The notes: generated by a model from the sequence alone, not told the origin. Shown: positions 10,445 through 20,725, counted from the first letter of the stretch. The stretch: DNA of 64,000 nucleotides from Prochlorococcus sp. AG-676-M04 (GCA_003210895.1 QCUB01000001.1:14163-78162); one strand, 5' to 3'. Program-made: numbers and translations.

Positions 10445-11338
10445 TTATACCCTCTTTGTCTTCTCAGTTAATGCGGCTAAGATCCTTGAGAATATATTTA
10501 CTGAAAGAATAGACAAAACAAGGATAAAAGATGCCGCCCATGCGAGTTGATTTTGAGCATCATATGGTTCTAAAGCAAAATTATAAATTAAAACTGCAAG
10601 AGATCCCATTTCATAGAACAAATCACCAAATCCCGTTATGTAGTAGTAAGAAAATAAAGCTGTAAATATTAATGGAGCTGTTTCTCCCGCAGCTCTAGCT
10701 ATACCAAGGACTACTCCTGTGGCAATAGAGCGAAAGGCAGAAGGTAAGGTGATTTTTAATATTGTTGTATACATACTCGCTCCAACTCCAAGAGAGGCAT
10801 ACCTTAATTCGTTTGGTACTAACTTTAAACCCTCATCAGTCGTTTTTATAACAGTAGGCAACATCAAAATTGAGAGTGCCATCCCTCCAGCCAAGCCACT
10901 ATACATACTTCCAAATAAGATTTTAGTTGAAACGATTAAGGCATATATAAATACACCCGCAATTATTGAAGGAACACCAGCTAAAACATTAACTCCAAAT
11001 CTAATAAACCTTGAAAAAGGTCCTCCTTTTGAATATTCAGCTAAATATATACCACCACCAACACCTACTGGTATTGCAATAATTGAAGCAATGGTAGTGA
11101 TTATTAAAGTCCCGATCAAAGCAGGGTTAATTCCACCCGCATCTAAATCATCTCCAGGAGGGTTTGGCTCTAAAGTAAATAGCTCAGGAGTTATCTGAGC
11201 TCCACCTTTGATTAGAATATAAGTTACCAAAAATATCAAAGGAAGTATCGCTATAACTACACAAATTAAAGATAAAGAGGTAAAAACTTTATCTCCTATA
11301 TTTCGAGATGAATTTTGCTGGTAAAAAAGTGAATTCAT
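10445..11338 (-). CDS. pstA: phosphate ABC transporter permease
   Basis: [24 protein letters not shown]. Confidence 0.96.
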   Translation of the reverse strand: MNSLFYQQNSSRNIGDKVFTSLSLICVVIAILPLIFLVTYILIKGGAQITPELFTLEPNPPGDDLDAGGINPALIGTLIITTIASIIAIPVGVGGGIYLAEYSKGGPFSRFIRFGVNVLAGVPSIIAGVFIYALIVSTKILFGSMYSGLAGGMALSILMLPTVIKTTDEGLKLVPNELRYASLGVGASMYTTILKITLPSAFRSIATGVVLGIARAAGETAPLIFTALFSYYYITGFGDLFYEMGSLAVLIYNFALEPYDAQNQLAWAASFILVLSILSVNIFSRILAALTEKTKRV

Positions 11339-11343
11339 AATGT

Positions 11344-12291
11344 CTAATATTTGAGACTAAATTTCTTAACTAGCCATTGAGCAAAGATATTTACCACCAA
11401 AGACAAAATCATTAGAACAAATGCTGCATAAAACAATGAGGAAACTTGACTTCCATCAGCTTCTCCAAATTGATTTGCGAGCATGGAGGAAATAGTATAT
11501 CCAGGAGATAATAAAGACCAACTAAAAGCATTAGAGTTTCCGATAATCATTGTGACAGCCATAGTTTCTCCCATGGCCCTACCTAAAGCTAATAAAACTC
11601 CAGCCATAATTCCTGATAATGCAGCTGGCAAAATTACTGAAAAAATTGTTTTCCACCTACTAGCTCCAATCCCATAAGAAGCATTTCTAAGTTTCTTAGG
11701 GACTTGATTGAGAGAATCTCTAGCGATAGATGTCACTATTGGTAAAAGCATTATGACTAAAATCAATATCGCCAACAAAGAATTTCTACCAGTAGGTTCT
11801 GTACTAAATAAAGGAACCCAGCCAAAGAAATTATGTAAAAAGACAAAAAAGGCTCTAAAAAAAGGTTCCATTACAAATATTGCCCATAATCCCAATACGA
11901 CTGAAGGTATAGCAGCTAGAAGTTCAACAAAAGATCCTATTATTTCTCTAAAGACTTTAGGAACGAAATCTTCAGTAATAAATATTGCTGTTCCTACTCC
12001 CAATGGAATAGTTATCAATAATGAAAGAAAAGAGGTTATTAATGTTCCATATATTGCAGTAAATGCTCCATATTCATCTTTTACTGGATTCCATTCAGAG
12101 GTCACAAGAAACTTAAGACCATACCTTGAGAATGATTCAAATGACTGAAAAAAGATTACTAAAACAATTCCTAAAAGTATGATCGCTACAAAACTAGACA
12201 AAACTAGAGCAGTATTCTTAAAAATAATATCTATATTTTTTTCAATTCCGAATCTTTTTCGATTCTTGAAAAGAGCTAATTTCTCTTCCAT
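11344..12291 (-). CDS. pstC: phosphate ABC transporter permease
   Basis: WNPV, ELLAAIPSVV, GRAMGETMAV. Confidence 0.96.
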   Translation of the reverse strand: MEEKLALFKNRKRFGIEKNIDIIFKNTALVLSSFVAIILLGIVLVIFFQSFESFSRYGLKFLVTSEWNPVKDEYGAFTAIYGTLITSFLSLLITIPLGVGTAIFITEDFVPKVFREIIGSFVELLAAIPSVVLGLWAIFVMEPFFRAFFVFLHNFFGWVPLFSTEPTGRNSLLAILILVIMLLPIVTSIARDSLNQVPKKLRNASYGIGASRWKTIFSVILPAALSGIMAGVLLALGRAMGETMAVTMIIGNSNAFSWSLLSPGYTISSMLANQFGEADGSQVSSLFYAAFVLMILSLVVNIFAQWLVKKFSLKY

Positions 12292-12396
12292 TAAAAAAAG
12301 AATATCTTTATAAATCTACTACTAAATGGTTGAAAAGACTTTAAGAGTGGTTAAAGGAATATGAAAGTCATGATAATTTGAAATCTATTGAAAAAT

Positions 12397-13368
12397 TTAT
12401 CTACCTATTCTTCCAACAGCCTCAATTGATTTTTTTAAAATTTCTCCTTTCAAGGGAACGAAACCTAAGGCAGAAGCTTTATCTCGGTATTCATCACTGA
12501 GTAATTTATAGAATGTATCTTGAATTGCCTTAGTATTCCTCCCATTACCTTTTTCATAAGCAAGTATCCAAGTTAAGGTTGCTATTGGATAAGCTCCTTT
12601 AGCAGTAGGGTTTGGATTTTTACCAGCCAAGTTCTTATCAAGATTTATTCCATTTAAAGCTATTGCTCCTGATTCAGTATTTGGAGTAACAAATTCACCA
12701 GAAAGATTTTGAAGTGCAGCTGCTTTAACATTACCTTTAATGTATGACTGGTTTACATAACCAATTGCTCCAGGAGTATTTTGTATAACACCAGCGACAC
12801 CAGAATTACCTTTTGCTCCAACTCCCGATGGCCATTTGACAGATTTACCAGTACCTAAATTCCAAGTTTTAGAAAAAGCCTCCATAGAATTTGTAAAAGC
12901 TTTAGTCGTGCCTGAACCATCAGAACGATGAGCCCAAGTTAATTTACCTGATTTACAGCCTAATTCTTTCCAGTTTTTAACCATACCCATAGCGACTCGT
13001 ACTGCTTGCTCTTGAGTAAGTTTTAAATCGCAATCGTAGTTATATCCAAAGGCAATTGTGCCACCTACCATAGGTATTTGAACAAGTCCTCTTTTAACTT
13101 TCTCTATATCAGAATCTTTCATAGGATCATCTGATGCACCAAAATTTACAGTTTCGTCTATGAAAGCTTTTCTTCCAGATCCAGAACCTACTGCTTGATA
13201 ATTAACTCTAGGACCTCCAGATTTAGCTAAGTCAAAAAACCACCTGGTATAAATTTTCGAAGGAAATGATGCACCAGCTCCGCTCAATCTTTTTGAAGCC
13301 ATCGCAGATGGAGAAAGTATTAATGAAATTGCAGAAGATAAAATGAGAGCTTTTTTGAAAATGCCCAT
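12397..13368 (-). CDS. pstS: phosphate-binding protein
   Basis: GAGASFP, YQAVGSGSG, HRSDGSGTT. Confidence 0.97.
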   Translation of the reverse strand: MGIFKKALILSSAISLILSPSAMASKRLSGAGASFPSKIYTRWFFDLAKSGGPRVNYQAVGSGSGRKAFIDETVNFGASDDPMKDSDIEKVKRGLVQIPMVGGTIAFGYNYDCDLKLTQEQAVRVAMGMVKNWKELGCKSGKLTWAHRSDGSGTTKAFTNSMEAFSKTWNLGTGKSVKWPSGVGAKGNSGVAGVIQNTPGAIGYVNQSYIKGNVKAAALQNLSGEFVTPNTESGAIALNGINLDKNLAGKNPNPTAKGAYPIATLTWILAYEKGNGRNTKAIQDTFYKLLSDEYRDKASALGFVPLKGEILKKSIEAVGRIGR

Positions 13369-13484
13369 TATTAAATGAGAAGCAAGTTTGTTAAATATAA
13401 GATAATTTACAGACTTAAATTTATTTTAAAATTGAAAGAAAATAACATCAAATTATTTTGATATTTAAAAAATTCTTGATATGT

Positions 13485-14541
13485 CTATTTCAACAGCTCA
13501 ACTGAAACTACAAGATTTCCTAAAAGTCTATTAAGGGTAGTTAGTTGTTCCTTACTTCCAAATGCAATTAATACCTGACCTGGCTGAAGTAAAAAATCAC
13601 CCCCAGGATTAGTTATTAACTTTTCATCTTCTTTTATTGCCAGTATTTTAGCTCCACTCTTTTTACCTATTCCAAGCTCTAAAAGAGTTATCTTTTCTGC
13701 TGTTTCAAAAAGGCTAATATCATTACTTAATTCAAATTCTTCAATTTCACATTCACTTCCTGCCAATAAATCTAAGAAGTCAATTGCAATTGGTCTTAAA
13801 GCCATTGATGCCATAGCTCTTCCCGCTGCTATGTAAGGACTAACAACAATACTTGCTCCAGCTAATCTCAATTTACTAGCAGCTTCTTCAGTTCCAGCTC
13901 TAGCGATAACTCTAATTGTACTTCTTATCCCTTTAGCACTTAAAACGACATATAAATTAGCAGCATCATTAGGCAAAGTGACAACCAAACTTTTACATTT
14001 ATCTAATCCAGCTAGCTTTAGAGTTTCATCAAGTGTTGCATCTGCGCAAAGGACTTCTAAACCATTATCTTCAGCAATCTTTTTTTCTATCTTCATCACT
14101 TTCTACAACAATAATTGGAATATTTTGTGTTTTTATTTGATTAGATATTTCCTGTCCTACTCTCCCATATCCGCACAAAATTACATGATTTTCCATTTTT
14201 CTAAGAATTCTTTTAAAACGTAATTCATTTACTCTTTGAAAATAGCCGGATTCAAATAATCTAACAGCTTTTTGAAAGGTAAATTGAATAAAAATTAATC
14301 CACCAACGATTATTAGAACAGTGATAATTCTTCCTTCGGGACTTAAAGTTTGAACTTCTCCAAAACCAATTGTGGTTATTGTGATCAGAACCATCCATAA
14401 GCAATCACCCCAATCCCATCCCTCTGTAATTCGATACCCAATAGCACCTAAAAAAAACAGAAAGAATAAAGAATAAATAAGACCAAACCAAGGCCTTAAG
14501 TAGTCTTTAATAAAATAGAACTCAAATAATCTAAGTTTCAT
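13485..14541 (-). pseudogene. potassium channel with TrkA/RCK domains, split by a +1 frameshift (or sequencing error)
   Basis: TTIGFGE selectivity filter and GYGRVG in the 5' ORF, RCK continues in the 3' ORF; removing one base from the T7 run at 14080-14086 gives a continuous 351-aa ORF. Confidence 0.85.
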
Positions 14542-14722
14542 ATTTCCTATTATCGTTAACTATTCAAAAATTTCACAATATTTTTCTATTATGTAGCTAA
14601 AAGAATTTATTAATTTTGTGAAATACATATTTAGTCGGATGTTGATATTTATTTTTGTCGCATTATGCATTAAACAAATGCTTTCTGTTTCAGGGGTAAT
14701 TTAAATCTCTCAAAACAATTTT

Positions 14723-14854
14723 TTATTGTTTTACTTTTACTGACTCAATTAAAAAATCAGAAGCTGATCTCAACCAATCAGCTACAGTCAAACGGAGATC
14801 AGGTTGTGAATATACTAAAGCGACAATAATCGCAACTAAAATTATTTTTACCAT
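14723..14854 (-). CDS. 43-aa hypothetical membrane peptide
   Basis: MVKIILVAIIVALVYSQPDLRLTVADWLRSASDFLIESVKVKQ. Confidence 0.6.
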   Translation of the reverse strand: MVKIILVAIIVALVYSQPDLRLTVADWLRSASDFLIESVKVKQ

Positions 14855-14939
14855 AGCTCTTCAAATATTCTTTTGAATTAAAGCACATCTATAAAGTAAA
14901 AAGAACCTTAAATAAATAAAAATCAAACTAATTACCTAA

Positions 14940-15293
14940 TTAAATTTTCTCTAATTGATTAAATAAATATTCTACTCTTCTTAAATTAACTCCTAAATCT
15001 GATTCACCCAATCTTGCAGCGGATCTTATTTGAATTATCCCTTTGGATCTATCAACATAACTTCTTACATCAAGTTTTAGTATCTCAAGATCATCTGGAA
15101 ATCTAAAAATTGCACTTCTGCAAACACCTCTCCAATAATTTTTACCACTCTCAACAACTTCAGTTCTAGGTAAACTTTCTGCTAAACAAACGAGTTTAAA
15201 AAATTTCTGATCAACATTTATAAGTTTCTTTTCCACTAAAACACTATTTAAGGGGTTTGTTACTGGAGCAAGGCCTTGAGCTGTAAATGTCAT
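14940..15293 (-). CDS. DUF1499-family protein
   Basis: SAIFRFPDDLE...IQIRSAARLGESDLGVNLRRVE. Confidence 0.8.
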   Translation of the reverse strand: MTFTAQGLAPVTNPLNSVLVEKKLINVDQKFFKLVCLAESLPRTEVVESGKNYWRGVCRSAIFRFPDDLEILKLDVRSYVDRSKGIIQIRSAARLGESDLGVNLRRVEYLFNQLEKI

Positions 15294-15410
15294 CTTATTA
15301 AAAACTATTCCATTGTTCTAACTGATTTTTCATACAAAGTGAGAGCGAAAAGAAAACTAAATTCCCTGAACCAATAGATTTCTCTTGAACAAATTATTAT
15401 TTAAAAATTT

Positions 15411-15548
15411 TTAAAACTTTAGATTTTTGATAATCTTTTTTGATAAGGAGGGTTGTCTACTCTGATTACTTTTCAATTTTCTTATCCAAAACACAACCCC
15501 AATTAACAAAAAAAGTTCAATTGTTATTCCTAAACCAACCGCATTCAT
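15411..15548 (-). CDS. 45-aa single-TM peptide
   Basis: MNAVGLGITIELFLLIGVVFWIRKLKSNQSRQPSLSKKIIKNLKF; AGGAG upstream. Confidence 0.5.
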   Translation of the reverse strand: MNAVGLGITIELFLLIGVVFWIRKLKSNQSRQPSLSKKIIKNLKF

Positions 15549-15643
15549 TTTTATTTTTTCTCCTTATTCTTTTTATATCCCTCAATATAAGGAACAAGAA
15601 TATTTAATAACCACTTTTTAAAAGAATTAATTAGATTCATAAT

Positions 15644-16027
15644 TTATTTGTCCTTCCTCCATAAACTTCTTCCTTTAATCAGATCTTCTATATTAGGCCA
15701 GGCTGCTATTAATTCCTTAAGAGCTTTTCTGTTTGGGGTATAGAGAATACATGAAAAGGCACTAACTATATAAAGAAGAAACCAAATTTTATTTTCTGTA
15801 TAAGCTAAAAAGAATGAAAATATAAAACTCCCTACAAAGGAAAAGAAAAGTAATCTATTTATTATTTCAAGAGGTGTTCTTTTTAGCCTGTAATATCTAT
15901 TATCTTTTTTATTAATATCAGAATCTGCTTCAAACTTTTTTTCGTATGAATTTATTATTTCTTCCTCAAGAATTTCCTCGTATTCAAGGTTCCCAGTTGA
16001 AATAGAATTATTTTCCTTACTACTCAT
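15644..16027 (-). CDS. conserved hypothetical membrane protein
   Basis: Acidic N-terminus, two TM segments, TPNRKALKELIAAWP. Confidence 0.75.
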   Translation of the reverse strand: MSSKENNSISTGNLEYEEILEEEIINSYEKKFEADSDINKKDNRYYRLKRTPLEIINRLLFFSFVGSFIFSFFLAYTENKIWFLLYIVSAFSCILYTPNRKALKELIAAWPNIEDLIKGRSLWRKDK

Positions 16028-16307
16028 AAACTTTTTTACAACCTTTTATATCTACTAATATTATAAATCTTTATAAGAAAAAATTTAAATCATATTTACA
16101 TGCCACAAACTATAAAAACAGGTCATGTTTTTGAAAATACTCAAAAATTGTTTTATTTATAAACGAGACATTACTTAAAATATTATTTTTTATTTTTTCT
16201 ATTCTTTGGATCATTGGTAACTTTCACTGCTATTAGATTTTTAGCAATCAAAGAATTGAAAGGCAATATCTTATTATCGAGTTAGGATAATTAAAATTTA
16301 AAATTTT

Positions 16308-16619
16308 ATGCAAAGGTATTTAATCTCCTATGAATTCACAGACGGAGAAGATCAAGAGGAAGGTGGGGAAATGCTTCTTAATTGGTATGAATCAGGAGGA
16401 CCTCAAAATAGGCCTGAAAATTATGAGGTTCATTCATGGATTTTCATGGTACAAAATGGGATAGGTCATTCCGTTGTGAGTGCAGATTCCTTAGAAACAA
16501 TTTGGAAACAGTGGCATCCTTGGAGGAGGCTAATGGATATTAATATTCAACCTTGTTTGGATCTTGATGAGACTGTGTCTTTATTTAAAAAGCAAAAAAT
16601 GAATACTCGTATGGATTAA
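16308..16619 (+). CDS. DUF3303-family protein
   Basis: YLISYEF...WIFMVQNGIG...IWKQWHPW...IQPCLD pattern. Confidence 0.7.
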   Translation: MQRYLISYEFTDGEDQEEGGEMLLNWYESGGPQNRPENYEVHSWIFMVQNGIGHSVVSADSLETIWKQWHPWRRLMDINIQPCLDLDETVSLFKKQKMNTRMD

Positions 16620-16712
16620 AGAAGCTTTAATAAGTTTTTTAATTTACTTTTAGTAGCTATCAATACGCCAATCAAACATAACTGCGTTAAAAAAGGGCAA
16701 TAATAATTTTTT

Positions 16713-16907
16713 ATGATGTTTGATTCGTATCACATTTACTTTAAAGGAGAAATTCTCTTTAAAAATCTAAGTAAAGATGACTTTGAATTCGTATGGGGCA
16801 AACTTTACACTTCTTACATAAATGCTATGAATGAAGAACTTACTTTTGAGATAATTAGAGAAAGTAGCGTAAAGGAGTCAGTTCATAATTTAGAACCTTC
16901 CTATTGA
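16713..16907 (+). CDS. hypothetical protein
   Basis: 64-aa ORF, YHIYFKGEILFKNL. Confidence 0.65.
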   Translation: MMFDSYHIYFKGEILFKNLSKDDFEFVWGKLYTSYINAMNEELTFEIIRESSVKESVHNLEPSY

Positions 16908-16922
16908 TTTAACTAATTTAAA

Positions 16923-17165
16923 TTAAGAATAAAATAGGAAAAGTTTTTTATCCTTAATTTCACAATATTCTTTTTCTTCTTTACTAATATCAAGACTTAT
17001 ATTTTTGGCCTCTTTTTCGACATTTAAATTATAAATCTTAAAGTTTTCATTTCCCTTGAATAAAGCAGCAATACCGATGTCCGTTATGTACCAAACAAAT
17101 AGAACTGTCTCGCCTATTGGCTCTTCTTTTAAAGAGTCAAGTATGAAATCATGAATTAAGTTCAT
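16923..17165 (-). CDS. hypothetical protein
   Basis: 80-aa ORF, tandem with the adjacent minus-strand gene. Confidence 0.65.
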   Translation of the reverse strand: MNLIHDFILDSLKEEPIGETVLFVWYITDIGIAALFKGNENFKIYNLNVEKEAKNISLDISKEEKEYCEIKDKKLFLFYS

Positions 17166-17179
17166 TTAATTTAAATAAT

Positions 17180-17416
17180 TCAATTGCCCCCATTGCAATA
17201 TCTAACTGCCTCGGCATTGGTACTACCATTTTTCAAAATTTCAGTTACACAAATATTAAATACTTTAGATTCGTTCTTAACAGAGCAAAAACCAATCGCG
17301 ATTGACGCCAGAGCTAATGCAGATAAGAAACTTGAACCAAGTTGAATAAAACCATAAGCAACCATAATTTTTTTCTTTCCGCCACATTTTTTGGATTCTT
17401 TTTTTTCTTCTGACAT
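17180..17416 (-). CDS. conserved hypothetical membrane protein
   Basis: One TM segment, C-terminal AVRYCNGG. Confidence 0.75.
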   Translation of the reverse strand: MSEEKKESKKCGGKKKIMVAYGFIQLGSSFLSALALASIAIGFCSVKNESKVFNICVTEILKNGSTNAEAVRYCNGGN

Positions 17417-17785
17417 TTTTAATTTTTTATTAATTTAGATCAATCTATTTGATTAGTTTTCTAAATGGAAACAAAAACCAGAGAGAAAACCGAATTAATT
17501 ATTTTTTTCAATAATAAAAAAAATAATTTCAAAATAAATAAAATTTGTAAAATTTTTCATTATTAAAATTTTCATTTTGAAACATGTTTTAAATAAAAAA
17601 TCATGTTTCATTCATACATAAATTATTTATTTTAAATAAATAAAATTTTAATTAAAAAGTAATGATCCCATTGTTGTTTCAGTAAGTTTTATTGATTATT
17701 AAACTATATTTAACCATTTATTGATGAAGTATTAATACTCAGAAAATAAGTCAAAAAAGCTAGTTTTAACCATGCTCCCGACGAG

Positions 17786-17825
17786 TTATCCACTTTTTCG
17801 CCCTTTTTCAACAGGTTTTTCCACA
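17786..17825 (+). promoter_or_regulatory. three DnaA-box-like 9-mers
   Basis: TTATCCACT 17786, TTTTCAACA 17805, TTTTCCACA 17817. Confidence 0.5.
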
Positions 17826-17953
17826 GCTTGTAGATTAAATTCACTTTTCTATGTGCGAAATAAAATAAAAGTATTTTTTGTAAAAAATGTCACGCGGAAT
17901 TTTTCTTGGAACGATAAGATCGGGATTGAATTTTTTTTTAAATATAAAATTTA

Positions 17954-18097
17954 ATGTCTGATAAAATAGTTCAAAAAAATTTATCATCTGATATTCATAA
18001 AGATTTTAAGAAATCAAATCTTGATTTTCTTACTAAAGAAAATGATCGTTTACTCAAAAGTCTTAAAAGACCAAGCGGTTCATTTAAAGCTGCTTAA
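17954..18097 (+). CDS. 47-aa hypothetical protein (paralog of 23075)
   Basis: MSDKIVQKNLSSDIHKDFKKSNLDFLTKENDRLLKSLKRPSGSFKAA. Confidence 0.6.
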   Translation: MSDKIVQKNLSSDIHKDFKKSNLDFLTKENDRLLKSLKRPSGSFKAA

Positions 18098-18412
18098 ATC
18101 GATAATTTAAAAAATATTAATTCCAAATAAAGCCATAAAATTAAAATAAATAATTATCTCTGATATACATTAAACTTACTATTTATTTTACTTTTCAAGA
18201 TTTAATTTATAAGATCTAAAAATTAAGAATATAAATTTTCCATTAAATCAAAGAAGTTTTAGGAAAAACTATAACGTTAGCAGTAAATCCTCGTTATATT
18301 GTTTAGGTCTCAAGTCGAGATTAGATAATTATATCTTTTAAATATTCAAGGAAACCTTAGATATTTTCTAAAAATCAACAATTCAACTTAGTTCTATTTT
18401 CATCTTAATTCC

Positions 18413-18664
18413 ATGTCCATAAAAGAATTAAAAGTAAATTACAAAAAGCTTTTAAACAAAGCAGATAAAGCAAACGGGCGTAAAGAGACTGTTTCCTATT
18501 TGAATAGAGCTGCTAAAATAAATTCAAAAATCTATTCAAAAACTAAAACTAATTGCATTAAATGCAATGGCATAGGTTATTTAAGAACCTCATTAGACGA
18601 AGCAAGGACTTGTCTGTTCTGTTACGGGAAGGGGTTCTTGATTGAAGAAATTCAAAGATTTTAA
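18413..18664 (+). CDS. small DnaJ-type zinc-finger protein
   Basis: CIKCNGIG...CLFCYGKG (two CxxCxGxG). Confidence 0.75.
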   Translation: MSIKELKVNYKKLLNKADKANGRKETVSYLNRAAKINSKIYSKTKTNCIKCNGIGYLRTSLDEARTCLFCYGKGFLIEEIQRF

Positions 18665-18683
18665 CTCTTAAAATATTTATTTA

Positions 18684-18839
18684 ATGAAGGATCTCATTCA
18701 AGCTCATAAAAAGTTAATTAGTACAGTTAAAGAGCAAATGGGATTTTCAGATTATGGGATGTATTGGCTAGCTTTTTTTGAAGGGGGATTAACCATATGG
18801 CTATTAGAAAGGATCTTTTTTCACTGGTTAAAGTTTTAA
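18684..18839 (+). CDS. 51-aa hypothetical protein
   Basis: MKDLIQAHKKLISTVKEQMGFSDYGMYWLAFFEGGLTIWLLERIFFHWLKF. Confidence 0.6.
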   Translation: MKDLIQAHKKLISTVKEQMGFSDYGMYWLAFFEGGLTIWLLERIFFHWLKF

Positions 18840-18937
18840 AGTAGATTTCAAAAAATTTTAATTAAGTTTTTTCTTTAATTAGTTCGCCCATACCGAATCT
18901 ATTTTAAAAGTTGTAGGATGTTAAAAAAATAAAGTAT

Positions 18938-19165
18938 ATGCAACTATTAGGTTTAATTCTACTTGCAGCAAGTAGTTGGTATCTATGGAAACTAACTTCA
19001 AACTTTCTAGATGAGCCCACAAAAAAAGAACTTTCAAATAGTTTTAATGACCTAAAAAACAAATTGAAGGATAGTAAAGAAAGTTTTTCAAAAGCAAAAA
19101 TAAGTAAAGCTTGGGAAAAATATAAGGATGAAGGCGGTGCCCTTTCTAAAAAAGATAAAAAATAG
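18938..19165 (+). CDS. hypothetical membrane-anchored protein
   Basis: N-terminal TM segment, Lys-rich tail. Confidence 0.65.
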   Translation: MQLLGLILLAASSWYLWKLTSNFLDEPTKKELSNSFNDLKNKLKDSKESFSKAKISKAWEKYKDEGGALSKKDKK

Positions 19166-19419
19166 TGGAATATTTTAGTATCACAAGTTTTACTAGAGAA
19201 ATTTCTCGTATTGACTTAATTGGTATTTTAGTAGGACATTTTGTATTTGCTATGGCTTTGACACAACTTTTGGATTGGTCATGGTTAAAGAATTTAATGA
19301 GTGAGGAGGATAAAGTAAAAATGCTCAATAGTTACACATGGAAAGACTTATTAGTTGATGGGGCAATAATTGCAGTAGTTATTGGAATTATTTTTCTTAT
19401 AATCAGTATATTTCTATAA
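19165..19419 (+). CDS. hypothetical two-TM protein
   Basis: GTG start overlaps the upstream stop; two hydrophobic segments. Confidence 0.6.
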   Translation: MEYFSITSFTREISRIDLIGILVGHFVFAMALTQLLDWSWLKNLMSEEDKVKMLNSYTWKDLLVDGAIIAVVIGIIFLIISIFL

Positions 19420-19512
19420 ATGAACATAACGTATATACTTTTGATATTTTTATTAACTTCATTATTAATTTTTTCTGAAATTATAAAATCTTCAGATAAA
19501 TCCCCATAATAA

Positions 19513-19617
19513 ATGTCAGAAATTTCCAGTAACTCATCATCAGGTTGGTATCTAATAGCAATCGTGAGTACAATTTCGTTCTTAGCTTTGATATATTTTG
19601 GAAAAAAAAATAACTAA
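19513..19617 (+). CDS. 34-aa single-TM peptide
   Basis: MSEISSNSSSGWYLIAIVSTISFLALIYFGKKNN. Confidence 0.45.
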   Translation: MSEISSNSSSGWYLIAIVSTISFLALIYFGKKNN

Positions 19618-19682
19618 TTTTAATTAATTTCTATTTATATCCAAAATAAAAATTTGATAACTAGCTCTCTATAAAATTACAA

Positions 19683-20435
19683 ATGAAACGTCTATTAGTT
19701 TTACAGCATTTAGAGATCGAAGGACCAGGTTTTTTTTATCAAATAGCTAAAGAGAGAGAGATGAATGTAGAAATATTTCGTCTGGACCTTGGAAATGGAC
19801 TTCCTAAAACTAAAAAAGACGATTTACTTTTAATAATGGGTGGACCAATGGGCGTCAAAGACATTGGGAGCATAAAATATCCATGGCTAAAAACTGAAAG
19901 AGATTTCATAGAGTCAGAATTAAAAAAAAAGACACGAATTATCGGAGTTTGTTTAGGAGCACAGTTATTAGCAAATGCAGCAGGAGGAGATGTTGAAATA
20001 TTAAAATATGGATCACCACCTAAACCTTTGCCAGAAATTGGATGGTCTCCAGTTTTTTTTAATCAATCTAACAATGACTTAAACAAATTTTGTGAGACTC
20101 CTTTTCATGTCATGCATTGGCATGGCGATAGAATTTTATTACCGGAAAATGCAGAAATCATTGCTAGTAGTAAGCGTTGTAAAGAGCAATTTTTTAAGAT
20201 TGGGGATTCAGCCTACGGATTACAATTCCACATCGAGTTAAGTAAAGAAATGACCGAAAGATGGATCAATGAGGATAAATTTTTTATAAACAAAGGATTA
20301 GGACCAAAGGGTCAGGCAATTCTAAGGGAGGAAGATGAACAATTTGGAGAAAAAACAATCTTTCTAAGAAAACTATTAATAAATAAGCTTTTTAATTTAC
20401 TAAGCAAGCAAGAAAAAAGCTCTGCCACTAAATAA
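19683..20435 (+). CDS. type 1 glutamine amidotransferase (GMP-synthase-like)
   Basis: MGGPM, GVCLGAQ, HWHGD, GLQFHIE catalytic triad. Confidence 0.9.
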   Translation: MKRLLVLQHLEIEGPGFFYQIAKEREMNVEIFRLDLGNGLPKTKKDDLLLIMGGPMGVKDIGSIKYPWLKTERDFIESELKKKTRIIGVCLGAQLLANAAGGDVEILKYGSPPKPLPEIGWSPVFFNQSNNDLNKFCETPFHVMHWHGDRILLPENAEIIASSKRCKEQFFKIGDSAYGLQFHIELSKEMTERWINEDKFFINKGLGPKGQAILREEDEQFGEKTIFLRKLLINKLFNLLSKQEKSSATK

Positions 20436-20450
20436 GTAACAGAGCTTTTA
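20414..20450. terminator. bidirectional intrinsic terminator
   Basis: AAAAGCTCTG...CAGAGCTTTT inverted repeat. Confidence 0.6.
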
Positions 20451-20466
20451 ATTTTGTTTAGATTTT

Positions 20467-20589
20467 CTATATAAATCTATTAATGATAAAACCTTTGTTC
20501 TTTATAAAAGAATAAGAGACCAATGAGCAGGTTGTAGATACTGATTTCACGGTCTCTTTAGTAACCGTAATTTTCGGTAGATACGACAA
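20467..20589 (-). CDS. possible 40-aa peptide within a structured transcript
   Basis: AAAGGAGGTGA SD just before a TTG; MSYLPKITVTKETVKSVSTTCSLVSYSFIKNKGFIINRFI. Confidence 0.35.
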   Translation of the reverse strand: MSYLPKITVTKETVKSVSTTCSLVSYSFIKNKGFIINRFI

Positions 20590-20725
20590 TGAATCACCTC
20601 CTTTACTAATATTTTTCTAAACATAACCAAAACCTTTAAATAAAGAAACTAAATTAATTAAAATTTAAAGCTTTTTTAACAAATCAAATTTTTTATAAAA
20701 TTTAAGTAAAGCATTTAGACTAAAT

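Noticed and set aside
10719-12148. Plus-strand ORFs over pstA/pstC (and similar ones at 3928, 13978, 29816, 30943, 32106, 35752, 40282, 42070-42820, 43452, 44688, 50783-52689, 62031)
   Set aside because: Antisense or out-of-frame shadows of well-supported genes
12336-12360. Pho-box-like TTAACC...TTAAAG upstream of pstC
   Set aside because: Repeat period is 10 rather than 11 bp and the match is weak in AT-rich DNA
14620-14700. ITPETE resembling an hli start (MTPEAE)
   Set aside because: No NG..AM motif follows
17772-17954. 60-aa ORF MLPTSYPL...
   Set aside because: Runs across the DnaA-box-like cluster, has no recognisable features, and is probably non-coding
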